Shown one piece after another: positions 1 through 11,215 of a stretch of 64,000 bases of DNA. Location of the stretch: contig OX597814.1 in assembly GCA_951406725.2 (NCBI GenBank), positions 67,270,001 to 67,334,000 on the forward strand, in the 5' to 3' direction. The position numbers and the translations under genes were made by a program. Each line of letters opens with the position of its first letter. The stretch's first letter is position 1. This DNA is from Octopus vulgaris. Its lineage: Eukaryota. The notes beneath the pieces are model-generated. The model was not told the origin of the DNA. It saw nothing but the letters and a program-made list of their open reading frames with translations, and made no database searches.

Positions 1-1290
1 CCTTGCTCCAAGTGTTCCAGAAGGCGGTCAAGCAGGACCCGGGCCAGGATCTTGCCCGCTATGGACAAGAGGGAGATACCTCGGTGGTTGTCGCAGGACT
101 GCCGATCTCCTTTCCGCTTATAAATGTGGACGATTGTTGCGTCCCGGAAATCTTGAGGGAGTTGTTCCCTGTCCCACATCGACTGGAACAGGCTGGTGAG
201 CTGACTGATCATGGTGGGGCCGCCCGACTTGAACACCTCTGCAGGGATGGCGTCAGAGCCTGGAGCTTTGCCGGTGGACATTTTTTTGATGGCTCTGCTC
301 ACTTCCTCGACTGCAGGGGGAACAGCCAACTCGTGGTTTGTCGGCACCTGGGGGAGTCGTGCGATGGCTTCCTCGTTGATCTGAGCTGGTCGGTTGAGCA
401 CGATGTTGAAATGCTCCGCCCATCTCTCCAGGATCAGCCTCTTTTTAGTCAGGAGTGAGGTTCCATCCGAGCTGAGCAGGGGGTTGATCCAAAGGAGAAC
501 TGCGGTCCATAGACAACTTTCAGCGCCTCGTAGAATTTCTTGGTGTCGTGTTTGTCTGCGTATCCCTGAATCTCATCCGCCTTGGCGCTTAACCATGCGT
601 CTTGCATGAGGCGGAGTTTAGCCTGGACTGTGCTGCGAATGTTGTTGAAAGCGGCCTTCTTTGCCGTGCAGGTGGTGTCATTTTGGTGAGCCCGCAGCAG
701 ACGGTGTTTCTCTTCCAGGAGCTTTTGGATTTCCTGGTCGTTTTCGTCGAACCAGTCCTGGTGGTTCCTCGTAACTTGGCCCAGAGTTTCAAGGGCGATG
801 GAATGAACCGTGTCCCTGAATGATTCCCACTGTTCATCGATGCTGGACTGGTCACTCCGAATGTCCAACAGCTTGCTGTCCATACGTGACTGGAGATCTT
901 GTGCAGTCAGCTGGTTCTTTAATTTCGTGATGTTAAGCTTCCTCGTCACTTTCTGACCCTGTGGTCTTCTCTTAGGTCGGATGTAGAAATCCATCCTGGA
1001 GATGATGAGGCGATGGTCCGTCCAGCAGTCAGCTCCGCACATGGCTTTGACCAGTCTCACGTCCCGCCTGTCTTTCGCCCTGACGATGACGTAATCTATC
1101 AGATGTCAGTGTTTGGAGCGTGGATGCATCCATGATGTCTTGTTGCGTGTTGGCAGACGGAACAAGGTGTTGGCGATGGTAAGATCATGAGAGGCACACG
1201 CACGCAGGAGGAGCTGTCCGTTGCTGTTGCACTTTCCGATTCCTTGCTTTCCCAGTACGCGATGCCAGGCTTGGTGGTCAGGTGGAGCTA
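1..1290 (-). mobile_element. RTE-clade LINE fragment (end of APE endonuclease to start of RT), frameshifted
   Basis: Minus-strand translation gives GKCNSNGQLLL, SWMHPRSKH, AMCGADCWTDHRLI, NHQDWFDEND, GKAPGSDAIPAEVFK and CDNHRGISLLSIAGKILAR, which are typical RTE ORF motifs. Frameshift near 500. Confidence 0.9.
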
Positions 1291-1457
1291 CTGGTAACAT
1301 GTAACCCAGTACAACCTGTTACATGGTCGGGTCGTTGGCGACTAAACTGGCAACCCCACCAAGATTTCTTGGTGAGGAGGGTGATTTGGACACCCAGCAG
1401 GACTAAAAACAAAACCTGTCAAAGGGCAGAGGAACTCTCTCATGAGTCAATGGCCAT
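1291..1457 (+). mobile_element. Head of an RTE-related repeat, homologous to the reverse complement of 17131-17300
   Basis: GGTAACATGTAACCC...CACCAAG..CTTGGTGAG...GAGTCAATGGCCAT aligns by eye with the minus strand of 17131-17300. Confidence 0.6.
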
Positions 1458-1550
1458 ATATATGTATAAGGATGAAAAGGAACACACGAGTTGATATATA
1501 TGAAAAAACAAGTCAAGATAGAAAATGCTAGAATAATTTTATAAAGAACA

Positions 1551-1594
1551 TTTCAGTACCGGTTTCAGTCATTTTGAGACCTTTTCAACTGTAA
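1551..1594 (-). ncRNA. Minimal type I hammerhead ribozyme-like motif, U3-A8 core variant
   Basis: Minus strand reads CAG-TTGAAAA-GGTC(TCAAAAT)GACT-GAAA-CCGG-TA-CTG: stem I CAG/CTG, stem II, palindromic stem III. Confidence 0.5.
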
Positions 1595-1713
1595 CGATTA
1601 AATAATTAAATTTAGAAAAATTAAAAGCAAAGTTTAAAAAAAAAAATATTTGTATAGTGTTCAAATATAAGTGGCATTTTCCTTGTTTCTGCCTTTCTCT
1701 GTCTCTCTTTAAA

Positions 1714-2250
1714 ACCGCGACCTGTTCACTGACAAAAATCTGTGCTGCATCTGAGAAAGTAACAGTTAGTTCGTTATATATATGTACGTATGTATGTGTG
1801 TATGTATATATGCACGCATGTATGCATGTATGTATGTATGCATGTATGTATGTATGTATGTATGTATGTATGTATGTATGTATGTATGTATGTATGTATG
1901 TATGTATGTATGTATGTATGTATGTACGTACGTACGCCTGTGCGTATGTATGCGCGTATGTATGTATTTATGTATGTATGTAAGTATGTATGTATGTATG
2001 TATGTGTGTATATGCACGCACACACACACTATAAACTTAAAGCTATAAACCTGTAGTGATGGATAGATGTAGACTGACCACTCATCACAACAATATCAAA
2101 TTTCAACCTCACCCGCCGAAGCTAGGAAGTGATTTACGACCCTCACCCCCACGACAAAACTCTAAAACCTATTATCAGTCACTTATCTCTATATCACAAA
2201 ACTTTTGTTTTACTATTACTTATCTTTTTTTTCTTTTCTCCCTTACATCT
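1714..2250. repeat. Left arm of a long inverted duplication (partner 6222-6655), includes an (ATGT)n microsatellite
   Basis: Unique flanks on both sides of the microsatellite match the reverse complement of 6222-6655. Confidence 0.85.
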
Positions 2251-2269
2251 GGTCTTTTGAGACACCAAC

Positions 2270-2790
2270 AAAAGGATGAGAAACGATACTTGGTATGATA
2301 ACAGGAAATTTCACGGGGTAATGTTCGTTGACGCCACACCTAGGAACGAGCTAAGTAAGGCATTCAAGAAAATCCTGCGCACTACTGGCCTTAAAATCAA
2401 GGTTGTAGAAAAGACAGGTAGGACTATAAATCTGCATTATACAGATCATATCCATTTGATAGAATCACCTGTCAAAGTAATTGTGCAGTATGTTCGACAA
2501 ACCCACATGTGAACTGCAAAACCAAGGGCACTGTATACCAAATTGAGTGCCAAGAAGGAGCTTGCGCGACTAACCCAGAGTCATATATAGGTGAGACTTC
2601 TAGGGGTATCAATGATAGGTTCAAAGAACACCTGGACAACTACATTGAAAGGAAGCCAAGCTCCATCTTCTATCAACATGCTGTAGACTGCCACAACACA
2701 TCCCACCGATGCAATGTTGAGACAGGTCACAGAAGCTGTTTGTATACAAGAATACAAACCTACTCTCAACCGAAAATCCGAATGGAGTAA
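2270..2790 (+). mobile_element. Penelope-like element 3' fragment (linker and GIY-YIG endonuclease), degenerate
   Basis: VMFVDATP...IKVVEKTG followed by CKTKGTVYQIEC...YIGETSRGINDRFKEH (GIY-YIG signature VYxIxC...YIGET..R..EH). Confidence 0.8.
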
Positions 2791-4299
2791 CATCCAGATC
2801 CCATTCAGGAGGACCATTCTATAACCACCCCTCATTTACATGTAATCCTTACATACATGTTGCAATGCGTGGTGCTAAAACACTTATGTGCAGTTAAATA
2901 TATAACCGTATGAGCGTACGTTGTTTGATACGTATGTGCATGTGTGGTGCTATAAAAAAATGCACATGCATGCACATATGAGTATGTATGTATGTATTGT
3001 ATTTGTATGCGTTTAGGCATATATAAAATATTAAAAAAAAAGAGCAGATAGGTTAATATAATGCAGGTTCGATTTTTAACCGTTGCCCTTGTATACTGTG
3101 TCATATTTTGTACGTACGTGTGTGTGTGTGTGTGCGTGCGTGTGTATGTTTATGCGTGTGTGTGCGTGTGTGTGTATGTGCATGTGTGTAATAGGACATA
3201 TGTATGTAGAAGAGGATAAGCATATATGAGTATATAATTTAAGATTATAAGTATATTTATGAGTGTGGCTATATGATTGTGTGTACTTGTGTATATGTAT
3301 ATGGTTATATGTGCACAGTTGCACTTAGACGTTGTATCCATTCACAGTTAGACGATGATGAGAGGAACAAACACACACCCACACATATATATATATATGT
3401 GTGTGCGTCTATACAAACATATATGTGTGTATATATACAACCTTCAACAAAGTAACAGTCAAGTTCACAACTTGGACGGACACATACCAGTACATGGACA
3501 TACGTTCACATGCACATACACATGTACACACACACAGACGCGTCTGCCCATTCTCCAGATACTCACATACATACGTAGCATATAAGTACAAACATACATA
3601 CATGCGTATGGGCATACACACGTACATACGCACGTACATGTACACGCACACATACATACGTGCGCATATACATACATACGCACATGCGTACGTACGTGCA
3701 TACACACATACATACATACATGCACACATACATAAGTATATATATATATATATATATATATATCTATATATAAAACTGAAATGCGTTTTTACCGCTTGGA
3801 TCGCTTTCAATGCCACTACATCCCGTCCGATTCGCTCCAAAATTTACAGGGACATGTAGAATGAGGTGACGATGCTCGTGGGCTACCTTAGAAATCCCTA
3901 TCTTAAAAGGTGTGGTTGCTAGGGGCCATCTTCCTCACTCACCCTATTTCCTCCAGTACCCTCTCACTCCTCTTCATTTCACAAGTTCACTACCGTTATT
4001 TAATGTAAAGTCTTCCTCAAATCACTCTCTCGCTATTTTCTCTCTTCCAAGAACATTTTCACACACTCTATCTCTTAGCTTCCCATACATTTTACTCATG
4101 TATCTATCTGCGTTCATAGACAGAAACAAATATTACATCGCCATCGCCATCGCATTCTATTGTCTACCTGTCAACACACATACACACACATACACACACA
4201 TATATATACATATATCTAATATTATATTTTTATTTTTGTTTTTTTACTGTTTCATTTCCCTATTAGTGGTTTTATCTCTAATTTAATTTCTACAGCGTG

Positions 4300-4341
<42 letters not shown>

Positions 4342-4931
4342 TATGTGGCCCCAGTAGACCCGAATGAAATCGGGTTCTCTTCATCAAAATTTGAAAAGGG
4401 GTCTAGAATTATCATCGCCACAACTTATGTATATGTCTTCCTCACTCACTCACTCTTTTTCCTAATGATAATTATCATCGCCACCACCACCAACACACAA
4501 TCATGACAATCTTTCTCGTAGAACAAATCATGTTTACATTGCAAAATATTTCATTTTCCCGTCCTCTCTTTCATATATCACCTTTTCTTTCTCGAGCTCT
4601 CTCTTTTTTCGCCGTCTCTATTTATTCTACAACGAGTCTATCAATGACAGCCGCAAAAGTTTCAATATTCCTACTTCACCTCTTTCAGAAACGCAACAGA
4701 TATTATTTTTTTGCCGGGGTTAAAGCCCACTACATCCCGTCGGATTCACTCCAAAATTTACACCTTTTCTTTCTACCTCTAACTCCCCTTTAACTTCTCT
4801 TTATCTCCATTCATAAAGATAATTATCATCGCCACCACCAACACACAATCTGGACAATCTTTCTCTTAAAACAAATCATGTTTACATTGCAACGACGTCT
4901 GCCACCCCCGCCGTCTCTATTTATTCTGCAA

Positions 4932-5129
4932 ATGACCAGAACTCGGGAAACTTGGTTGAGTGTTCTATGGTCTATGACCAGAACTCGGGAAACTTGGTTG
5001 AGTGTTCTATGGTCTATGACCAGAACTCGGGAAACTTGCTTGACTGTTCTATGGTCTATGACCAGAACTCGGGAAACTTGGTTGAGTGTTCTATGGTCTA
5101 TGACCAGAACTTGGGAAACTTGGTTGAGT
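4932..5129 (+). repeat. 42-bp minisatellite, about 4.7 copies
   Basis: Unit ATGACCAGAACTCGGGAAACTTGGTTGAGTGTTCTATGGTCT starts at 4932, 4974, 5016, 5058 and 5100. Confidence 0.95.
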
Positions 5130-5811
5130 CCTCATCTTATAAAATGTGGCCCCAGTAGACCCAAATGAAATCGGGTTATATTAACCAAAATGTGAAAAGG
5201 GGTCTAAATGGGGCTGGAAGGGGATTAAAATTTAAAGGAGCGGGTGTTTAGCAATTCTCTGTTACATCAAGCTAAAAAATTTGCGCCAGCCTTTTAATCG
5301 TCAATGTGTTGCCGTCCATGATGAAGTTTTGAATGCTTGCCATCGTGAGTCTACTGTCGTGAGAAAGAATCAATTCAAAACTTGGTTTTTAGGGATTTTC
5401 TTTTACATCAAGTTCAAAATTTTACGCCAGCCGTTGAACTGTCAATACGTTGCTGTCCGTCGTTAAGAAATGCCAGCCATGGTGACTCTACTATCCTCAA
5501 ATTCTATCCCTTCAAACTTTGGTTTCCAATATTTTATTATTTTTATTCAGCTCGCAGGGTTCGTCTGTCCCTTTTAAATGTTAGTGTTTTGCTGTCTGCC
5601 TTGAAGCAGACCTTTCCGTTGTTACTGTCTGATATTTATGATTGATCTTTCAAAATATTTTATTTCTCAACTTACTCAATATCTTTTGTTGTTTATATGA
5701 GAGAGATAGATAAAGATAGAGAGTAAGAGAAAGCGAGGGAGAGTCCGAGAGAAAGGAAGAGTAAGAGAGTGGGAAAGTGAGAGAGAAAGGAGAGAGAAAC
5801 AAAGAGGGAGA

Positions 5812-6128
5812 ATCATCATCATCATCATCACCATCGTTTAGCGTCCGTTTTCCGTGCTAGCACGGGTTGGACAGTTTGACAGGGGTCTGGGAAGCCAGGA
5901 GGCTGCACCAGGCTCCAGTCTGATCTGGCAGTGTTTCGACAGGTGGATGCCCTTCCTAACGCCAACCACTCTGTGAGCGTAGTGGGAGCTTTTTTCGTGC
6001 CGCCGGCACAGGTGCCAGGGGGACTGGCAGCGGCTACGATCGGTTGGTGCTTTTTACGTGCCACCAGCACAGAAGCCAGTCAAGGCGGCGCTGCAATCCG
6101 CCACGTTCGGATGGTGCTTTTTACGTGC
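5812..6128 (-). mobile_element. SINE-like retroposon fragment with (GAT)n tail
   Basis: GC-richer block that starts abruptly after a (CAT)n tract. Minus strand contains GGCGTTAGGAAGGGCATCCA..GT.GAAAC, a motif common in RTE-associated SINEs. Confidence 0.55.
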
Positions 6129-6221
6129 TGAAAGGAAGCAACAGAAAGTAACAACCACACTCTTACCCGCGCGTAGAGCGGGTCACCTTCAGCTAGTATA
6201 TATATATAACCTGAACTAACT

Positions 6222-6498
6222 AGATGTAAGGGAGAAAAGAAAAGAAAAAAAAGATAAGCAATAGTAAAACAAAAGTTTTGTGATATAGAGTTTTGTCTTG
6301 GGGGTGAGGGTCATAAATCACTTCCTAGTTTCGGTGGGGTGGGGGAGGTTTAAATTTGATATTGTTGTAATGAGTGGTCAGTCTACATCTATCCATCACT
6401 ACAGGTTTATAGCTTTCAGTTTATAGTGTGTATGTGCGTGCATATACACACACATACATACATACATACATACATACATACATACATACATACATACA

Positions 6499-6532
<34 letters not shown>

Positions 6533-6655
6533 CATGCACGCATGCATACATGCGTGCATACATACATACACACATACATACGTACATAAATATAACGAAC
6601 TAAATGTTACTTTCTCAGATGCAGCACGGATTTTTGTCAGTGAACAGGTCGCGGT
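6222..6655. repeat. Right arm of inverted duplication (partner 1714-2250)
   Basis: Reverse complement of 1714-2250 with small indels. Confidence 0.85.
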
Positions 6656-6683
6656 CTTATAGCGACGAAAATATTTTGACAAA
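6633..6683 (+). ncRNA. Minimal type I hammerhead ribozyme-like motif, G3-C8 core variant
   Basis: TTTGTCA-GTGAACA-G-GTCGC(GGTCTTATA)GCGAC-GAAA-ATAT-TT-TGACAAA: perfect 7-bp stem I, 5-bp stem II, palindromic stem III. Confidence 0.55.
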
Positions 6684-6816
6684 TGAAACAAATGTTGAAG
6701 TGAATCGAACGGCTTTTGTGTGTTTCTTAAATGGCTTGCAAACATCTTCCACGCTGCAATTGTTTTCGTTTCAGCACACGATCTCAGATCAAATCACTTG
6801 CTATGCAAGTACATCT

Positions 6817-6874
<58 letters not shown>

Positions 6875-6967
6875 TTTATTTAAAAGCAGCAGAAATATAA
6901 CAACAGCTGTTACTCAGAGTTTCACGTTCCCGTTCGTTGGAAGTTTTGTTAACAAAACTGTCTGATA

Positions 6968-7115
6968 CTTTATTGATAAGCAGCAAAAATATCACAAAAA
7001 CTGTTACTCAGAGTTTCACGTTCCCGTTCGTCGGACAGACAAAACTGTCCGACGAACGGGAACGTGCAACTCTGAGTAACAGTTTTTGTGATATTTTGGC
7101 TGATTTTCAATAAAG
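6968..7115. repeat. Near-perfect hairpin (about 70-bp arms, 6-nt loop), each arm carrying a hammerhead-like motif
   Basis: Arms 6968-7038 and 7045-7115. An arm reads CTGT-CCGACGA-ACG(GGAA)CGT-GAAA-CTCTGAG-TA-ACAG; GAAA is GCAA in the right arm. A further partial copy lies at 6885-6960. Confidence 0.85.
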
Positions 7116-7171
7116 CATATTACTCTACCTCTGGTATTCAAGTTTCGCATTTATGTGCTTACTCTGGTACG

Positions 7172-7221
<50 letters not shown>

Positions 7222-7695
7222 AAATTTTACATTATTTTCGCCGTCAACTTTTTGGCATATAGCATATATAGTGTATGTATTCCAGGCAATAATTGTTTCT
7301 GTTGGTTGCCATTTTCTTTAAAATATTATATGTCTGCATTATTTTTTAAATGTTCTTAATTATTTTTACTTAAACAGAAACGATACAGTTTTCAGACATT
7401 TCGAAAGCATCCATAGATTTCCGCAATAAATTTGCTTAGTCTTACCATTTTGTGGTACTATTACAGAAGTTAATCCATAGGCTCGACAACAATGAGTGCA
7501 GGGGGCGCAAGTGCACCCTCTAAAACTTTGGTGGGGAAATGAAAACGCTTTGAACATCTTGGGTTGGACTTGCGTTTGCACCACGTAGGCAAATTTTGTC
7601 CCTGCACTTATGGGTTAATTGTTTATTTTTGTGGGTAAACAGTGACGGTATGTACTTTAACAACCCTGCCTGTCTAGGTACAAACTGGCATTTCA

Positions 7696-7783
7696 ATGCT
7701 GTGTTATTTTCTCACTCTTAGAAACAGTAACATTGTAAAACAGACAAATATTTCATTGACTTGTATTAACTTCATCTCCTTCT
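7696..7783 (+). CDS. Candidate first coding exon of the acidic-repeat gene (MLCYFLTLRNSNIVKQTNISLTCINFISF)
   Basis: ATG at 7696, open for 88 nt, ends in phase 1 at a |GTGAGT donor, and splices in frame to 8196. Lies in the most obvious unique-looking stretch upstream of the array. Confidence 0.3.
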
Positions 7784-8195
7784 GTGAGTAACTATGCCCT
7801 GTCTCATCCATGGAAGATGTCTTTCATTAAATTCAGGTTTGAAAAACAGAATTTAGGACCTGGTTAAGTGGAATTCAGAGTTCTGCGAATGAATTGACCT
7901 TACAACTGTTAGTTATTTACAATGTATGTTGAATATGTTTGGTCACGTTCTCACAAGAAGGTTAATGCATTTTCCATTTTACTTCTTTCTGTTCTTCTGA
8001 GTCTGTAAAATTATTCATGCAGTGTTCCTAGCGCTCGTTGATATATTTGGGATCATTTCCAAGGCTATACTCACGTAAATTTATTTATTTATTATGCTTT
8101 CCCTTCTTAATAAAGAATATGCCTAGTGTCTCATCTAAGAAAGAATGTTTTTATTAGACTTTATTAAACTTATTACATGTAATTTTATATTTCAG

Positions 8196-8228
8196 TGATC
8201 TTCATATCTGTGAGGTCAGGCTCGGCTC
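8196..8228 (+). CDS. Candidate 33-nt phase-1/1 exon (xIFISVRSGSA), possible end of a signal peptide or anchor
   Basis: Acceptor attttatatttcAG|, donor |GTAAGT, length a multiple of 3, in frame with the exon at 15214. Confidence 0.5.
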
Positions 8229-8361
8229 GTAAGTATAACTTTCTCCAGATTACTTAAGCATGAATGCATCGCTTAGTGATCGCTAACCAAACCGTATAAT
8301 AAAATAAAATGGAATAGAATGAGTCGTTCGCGATTAATAGATGGTGATATTTATTTATTTA

Positions 8362-8409
<48 letters not shown>

Positions 8410-8519
8410 AAAGGGTAACAATTTTGTCAATAGTATCTCTGTTAAATGAAATGACAATTATTATTTACTTTTAATCTGCATGCTTATTACAATTACTCGC
8501 TGAGACACACCCAACGCCC

Positions 8520-8978
8520 CAGGGCCATCAAAGTGACACTGGGGTAAAATATACGAAGCCCAGTATACCCATCATGACTACCCGACTGATAAGGGTACAC
8601 CAGGCACATGCATCACAACCATATGTGCGCGACATGGTGATCTCATATCAAGATAAACAGCACATGACCTTGCAGGTGGAGCCCAGTTAGAAGTTTCTTC
8701 AGATCGAGTAACCCATCCCGCTCAAAAGGTCCCTGAATAAGGGTTGTTTAAGGACGTTGAACGAAACACCCATGTTTCCAGAGGTGAATTATTCAAACCC
8801 CAAAGAATCCTTCTCAACACATGGCTATGATGCTCCCCCACTACTTCTGCTCGTGATCAGAGATGCACATATCGTCAGCCACTAAGGGACATGCTCAACT
8901 GGTTAAGGTCAAACAACTGACAAGCGAATCTGTGGTATTGAGCAGAATATTTGCTGTAGCCCATCTTTTATACCAAGA
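8520..8978. mobile_element. Dispersed ~450-bp repeat (second copy 10610-11215), probably retroposon-derived
   Basis: Two diverged copies in the window, each bordered by (TTA)n. Confidence 0.6.
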
Positions 8979-8979
8979 C

Positions 8980-9046
<67 letters not shown>

Positions 9047-9050
<4 letters not shown>

Positions 9051-9572
9051 TAGTCTTATTTTTATCTCGTGCTTTCACTGCACTACCGAGCGCAGCTCCA
9101 TGTGCCTTGGGTAAGTTCTGTGGTTTATTGTGGTGCTCTTCTTTTCACTGTATTGAAGGTGTTTTATGTAGGATTTGTGCGGTCTATTTTCTGTATGTTA
9201 TACATACTTGTATGTTCTGATGTTTTGTTATGTATTTGTCTGAATGTCTTTTTATCATACCTAATGCGCCTACAATGATAGGAATTGTTTCTGTTCTTAG
9301 GTTCTACATTCGAGTTACCTCTATTTCCAGATCTTTGTATTTTGAAAGTTACTCCGTTTCTTTTAGAGAAACGTTGTCATCTGTTGGTACTGATACATCA
9401 ATGAGAAAGCAATTGTTTTCTTAGTATTCTCTGACAACTATATCTGGCCTATTGGCCTTAATTTCTCTATCTGCGTGTATTGGCATATCCCAGAGTATGG
9501 ATGCTTTCTCATTTCCTGTGCCCTTTTCTGGCGTGTGCCTATATCATCTTTTTTCTATTGTCTTTCCATAGT

Positions 9573-9614
<42 letters not shown>

Positions 9615-10110
9615 ATTGTTGTTGTTGATGCCTTCTGATATTGTTCCCAACAATAATTGACATTAACTTCACCTGCTTCATTTTCTATAGCCAGGCTATT
9701 TCGTACTTAAGAGATTTATATTTATTTATATTTTCGCCTTCCTTCTTGACTATTCGTAGGTCAAAGGGGCATGCAACATCAACTATATAGCATATTGGTG
9801 CATCTTTTCCACCACCACTTAGTCCGGTCTGTTATGCCCTAGCGCTTGATCTGTTTGGATTGGGAAATCCCAGAGGATTTTGATAGTCTCCGACTCCACT
9901 ACTCTTTGCTGTTTGTACTCATACCATGCCTGGCCTCTCTCTATCCCCCACTTTTCTCACAGTTTACAATGTAACACTTTCGCTACCTGATCGTGTCACC
10001 ACAACATGTAGTGGTTTTAGGCAAGTCTAGGGCATTCGTTCGTGATATGGGCAATGGTTTCATCTACTCTATTGTAGATGCAGCACAGCGGAGATACTTG
10101 CTCATTCCTA
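9047..10110 (-). mobile_element. Two 3' fragments of RLE-type (R4/Dong-like) LINEs
   Basis: 9047-9570 is homologous to 40170-40700. 9660-10110 encodes a CCHC knuckle and a PD-motif region on the minus strand. Confidence 0.75.
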
Positions 10111-10436
10111 AGGTTGACTCTCCAGTTTAGGACGAAAGCTTGGTCTTGCACTAGCAGTATAGTGCTCTCGGTCATTCATCCACCTATTTTTTCCAGCAAC
10201 TTCTGTTGTGGCTGCATGGAATTGATTGAGTAGTTCCTTCTTTCGTAATTCTTCATGTCCTTTTTGCACTGCTTCCTTTGTTTCTCTTTTTTTTTCTCTG
10301 CTTTCAATACTCCCTCGTTCATAACTGTCACTTGCAAGGTTTCCTTTATTATTGTTGTTGTTGTCGTTGTCGTCGTTGTCATCATCATGTTCATCACCAT
10401 CATCATCATCATCATCATCATCATTATTCGTCATCT

Positions 10437-10590
10437 TTACGCTCTAAGTTCAAATTTTGTCGAGGTCGACTTGACCTTTCATCCTTTGTGGGTCAATAAA
10501 ATAAATACCCGTTGAGTACTGGAGTCGATGTATTCGACTTTTCTTCTTTCCCGAAACTGCTGGCCTTGTACAAAAGTTTGGAACCATTAT
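10437..10590 (+). mobile_element. tRNA-derived SINE fragment (same family as 33022-33255)
   Basis: GTTCAAATT B-box-like motif followed by GAGGTCGACTT..CTTTCATCCTTT..GGGTC.ATAAAATAA. Confidence 0.75.
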
Positions 10591-10609
10591 TATTATTTTT
10601 ATTATTGAG

Positions 10610-11215
10610 TGAAAGAGCAGTGCATAGCACCAAAATGACACTGGGTCAAAATACACGAAGCCCAATATACCCTGCATGACTAAGAGTACCCCAGGTACAT
10701 CCACCACAACCATATGTGCACGACTCGTCTTTGAATGCGGCGGGAGAGCTGATTTGTAAAGGCTTGCGCCTCAAGACATTGTCGATCTTCCTGGATCAAA
10801 ACGGTAAGTTGGTGGTCCTGAATGTGACCACAATAAACAGCGCATAACCTTACAGGTGGGGCCCAGTTAGAATTTTCTTCAGGTTGAGTAGCCCATTCTA
10901 CTCAAAAGGTTTCTGAATAAGGTTTGTTTAAGGATGATGAACAAAACACCCATGTTTCCGCGGTGAATTATTGAAACTTTAAAGAATTCCTCTCAACACA
11001 TAGCTATGATGCTTCCCCACTACTTCTGCTCGTGATCAGCCGCTAAGGAATATGCTCAACTGGTTATGGTCAAACAACTGACAAGCAGATCCGTGGTATT
11101 GAGCAGAATATTTAATGTAACCCATCTTTTATACCAAGATAAAACAATGTACACTTCTAATCAATTTAGATCAAAAGCCATGACAACCGTTGCCTGGTAC
11201 TACGTCAGTGCATTG
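10610..11215. mobile_element. Second copy of the 8520-8978 repeat, interrupted by a 105-bp foreign insert
   Basis: Aligns by eye with 8520-8978 except at 10723-10827. Confidence 0.65.

Larger units (their letters stand above)
3763..6196 (+). mobile_element. Non-autonomous Helitron-like element with internal duplications and a nested retroposon
   Basis: 5' end A|TCTATATATAAAACTG. 3' hairpin ACCCGC-GCGTAGA-GCGGGT (6165-6183), then 9 nt, then CTAG|T at 6193-6196. Pairing these two ends is an inference. Confidence 0.6.

Noticed and set aside
3-458. 151-aa + strand ORF
   Set aside because: It is the antisense shadow of the RTE reverse transcriptase on the minus strand.
1291-1352. HDV-like ribozyme at the head of the RTE-related repeat
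   Set aside because: A CCAGT/ACTGG pairing and a CTAA joiner are suggestive, but there is no room for P3-L3 and the pairing is not kept in the second copy.
1657-2056. ORFs such as MYVCMYVC..., HTYIHTYI..., YIYIYI..., poly-L, poly-E and poly-N throughout the ORF track
   Set aside because: They are translations of (ATGT)n, (CA)n, (TA)n, (TTA)n and (GAA)n microsatellites, with no splice or homology support.
4932-5129. Regular repeat as a possible CRISPR array or repeat protein (MTRTRETWLSVLWS)n
   Set aside because: Contiguous 42-bp units with no unique spacers and no cas genes, in a eukaryotic context. It is a plain minisatellite.
7622-7647. Donor ACG|GTATGT as an upstream coding exon spliced to 7722
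   Set aside because: It places TGA in frame immediately before the junction. At most a UTR exon, and unsupported.
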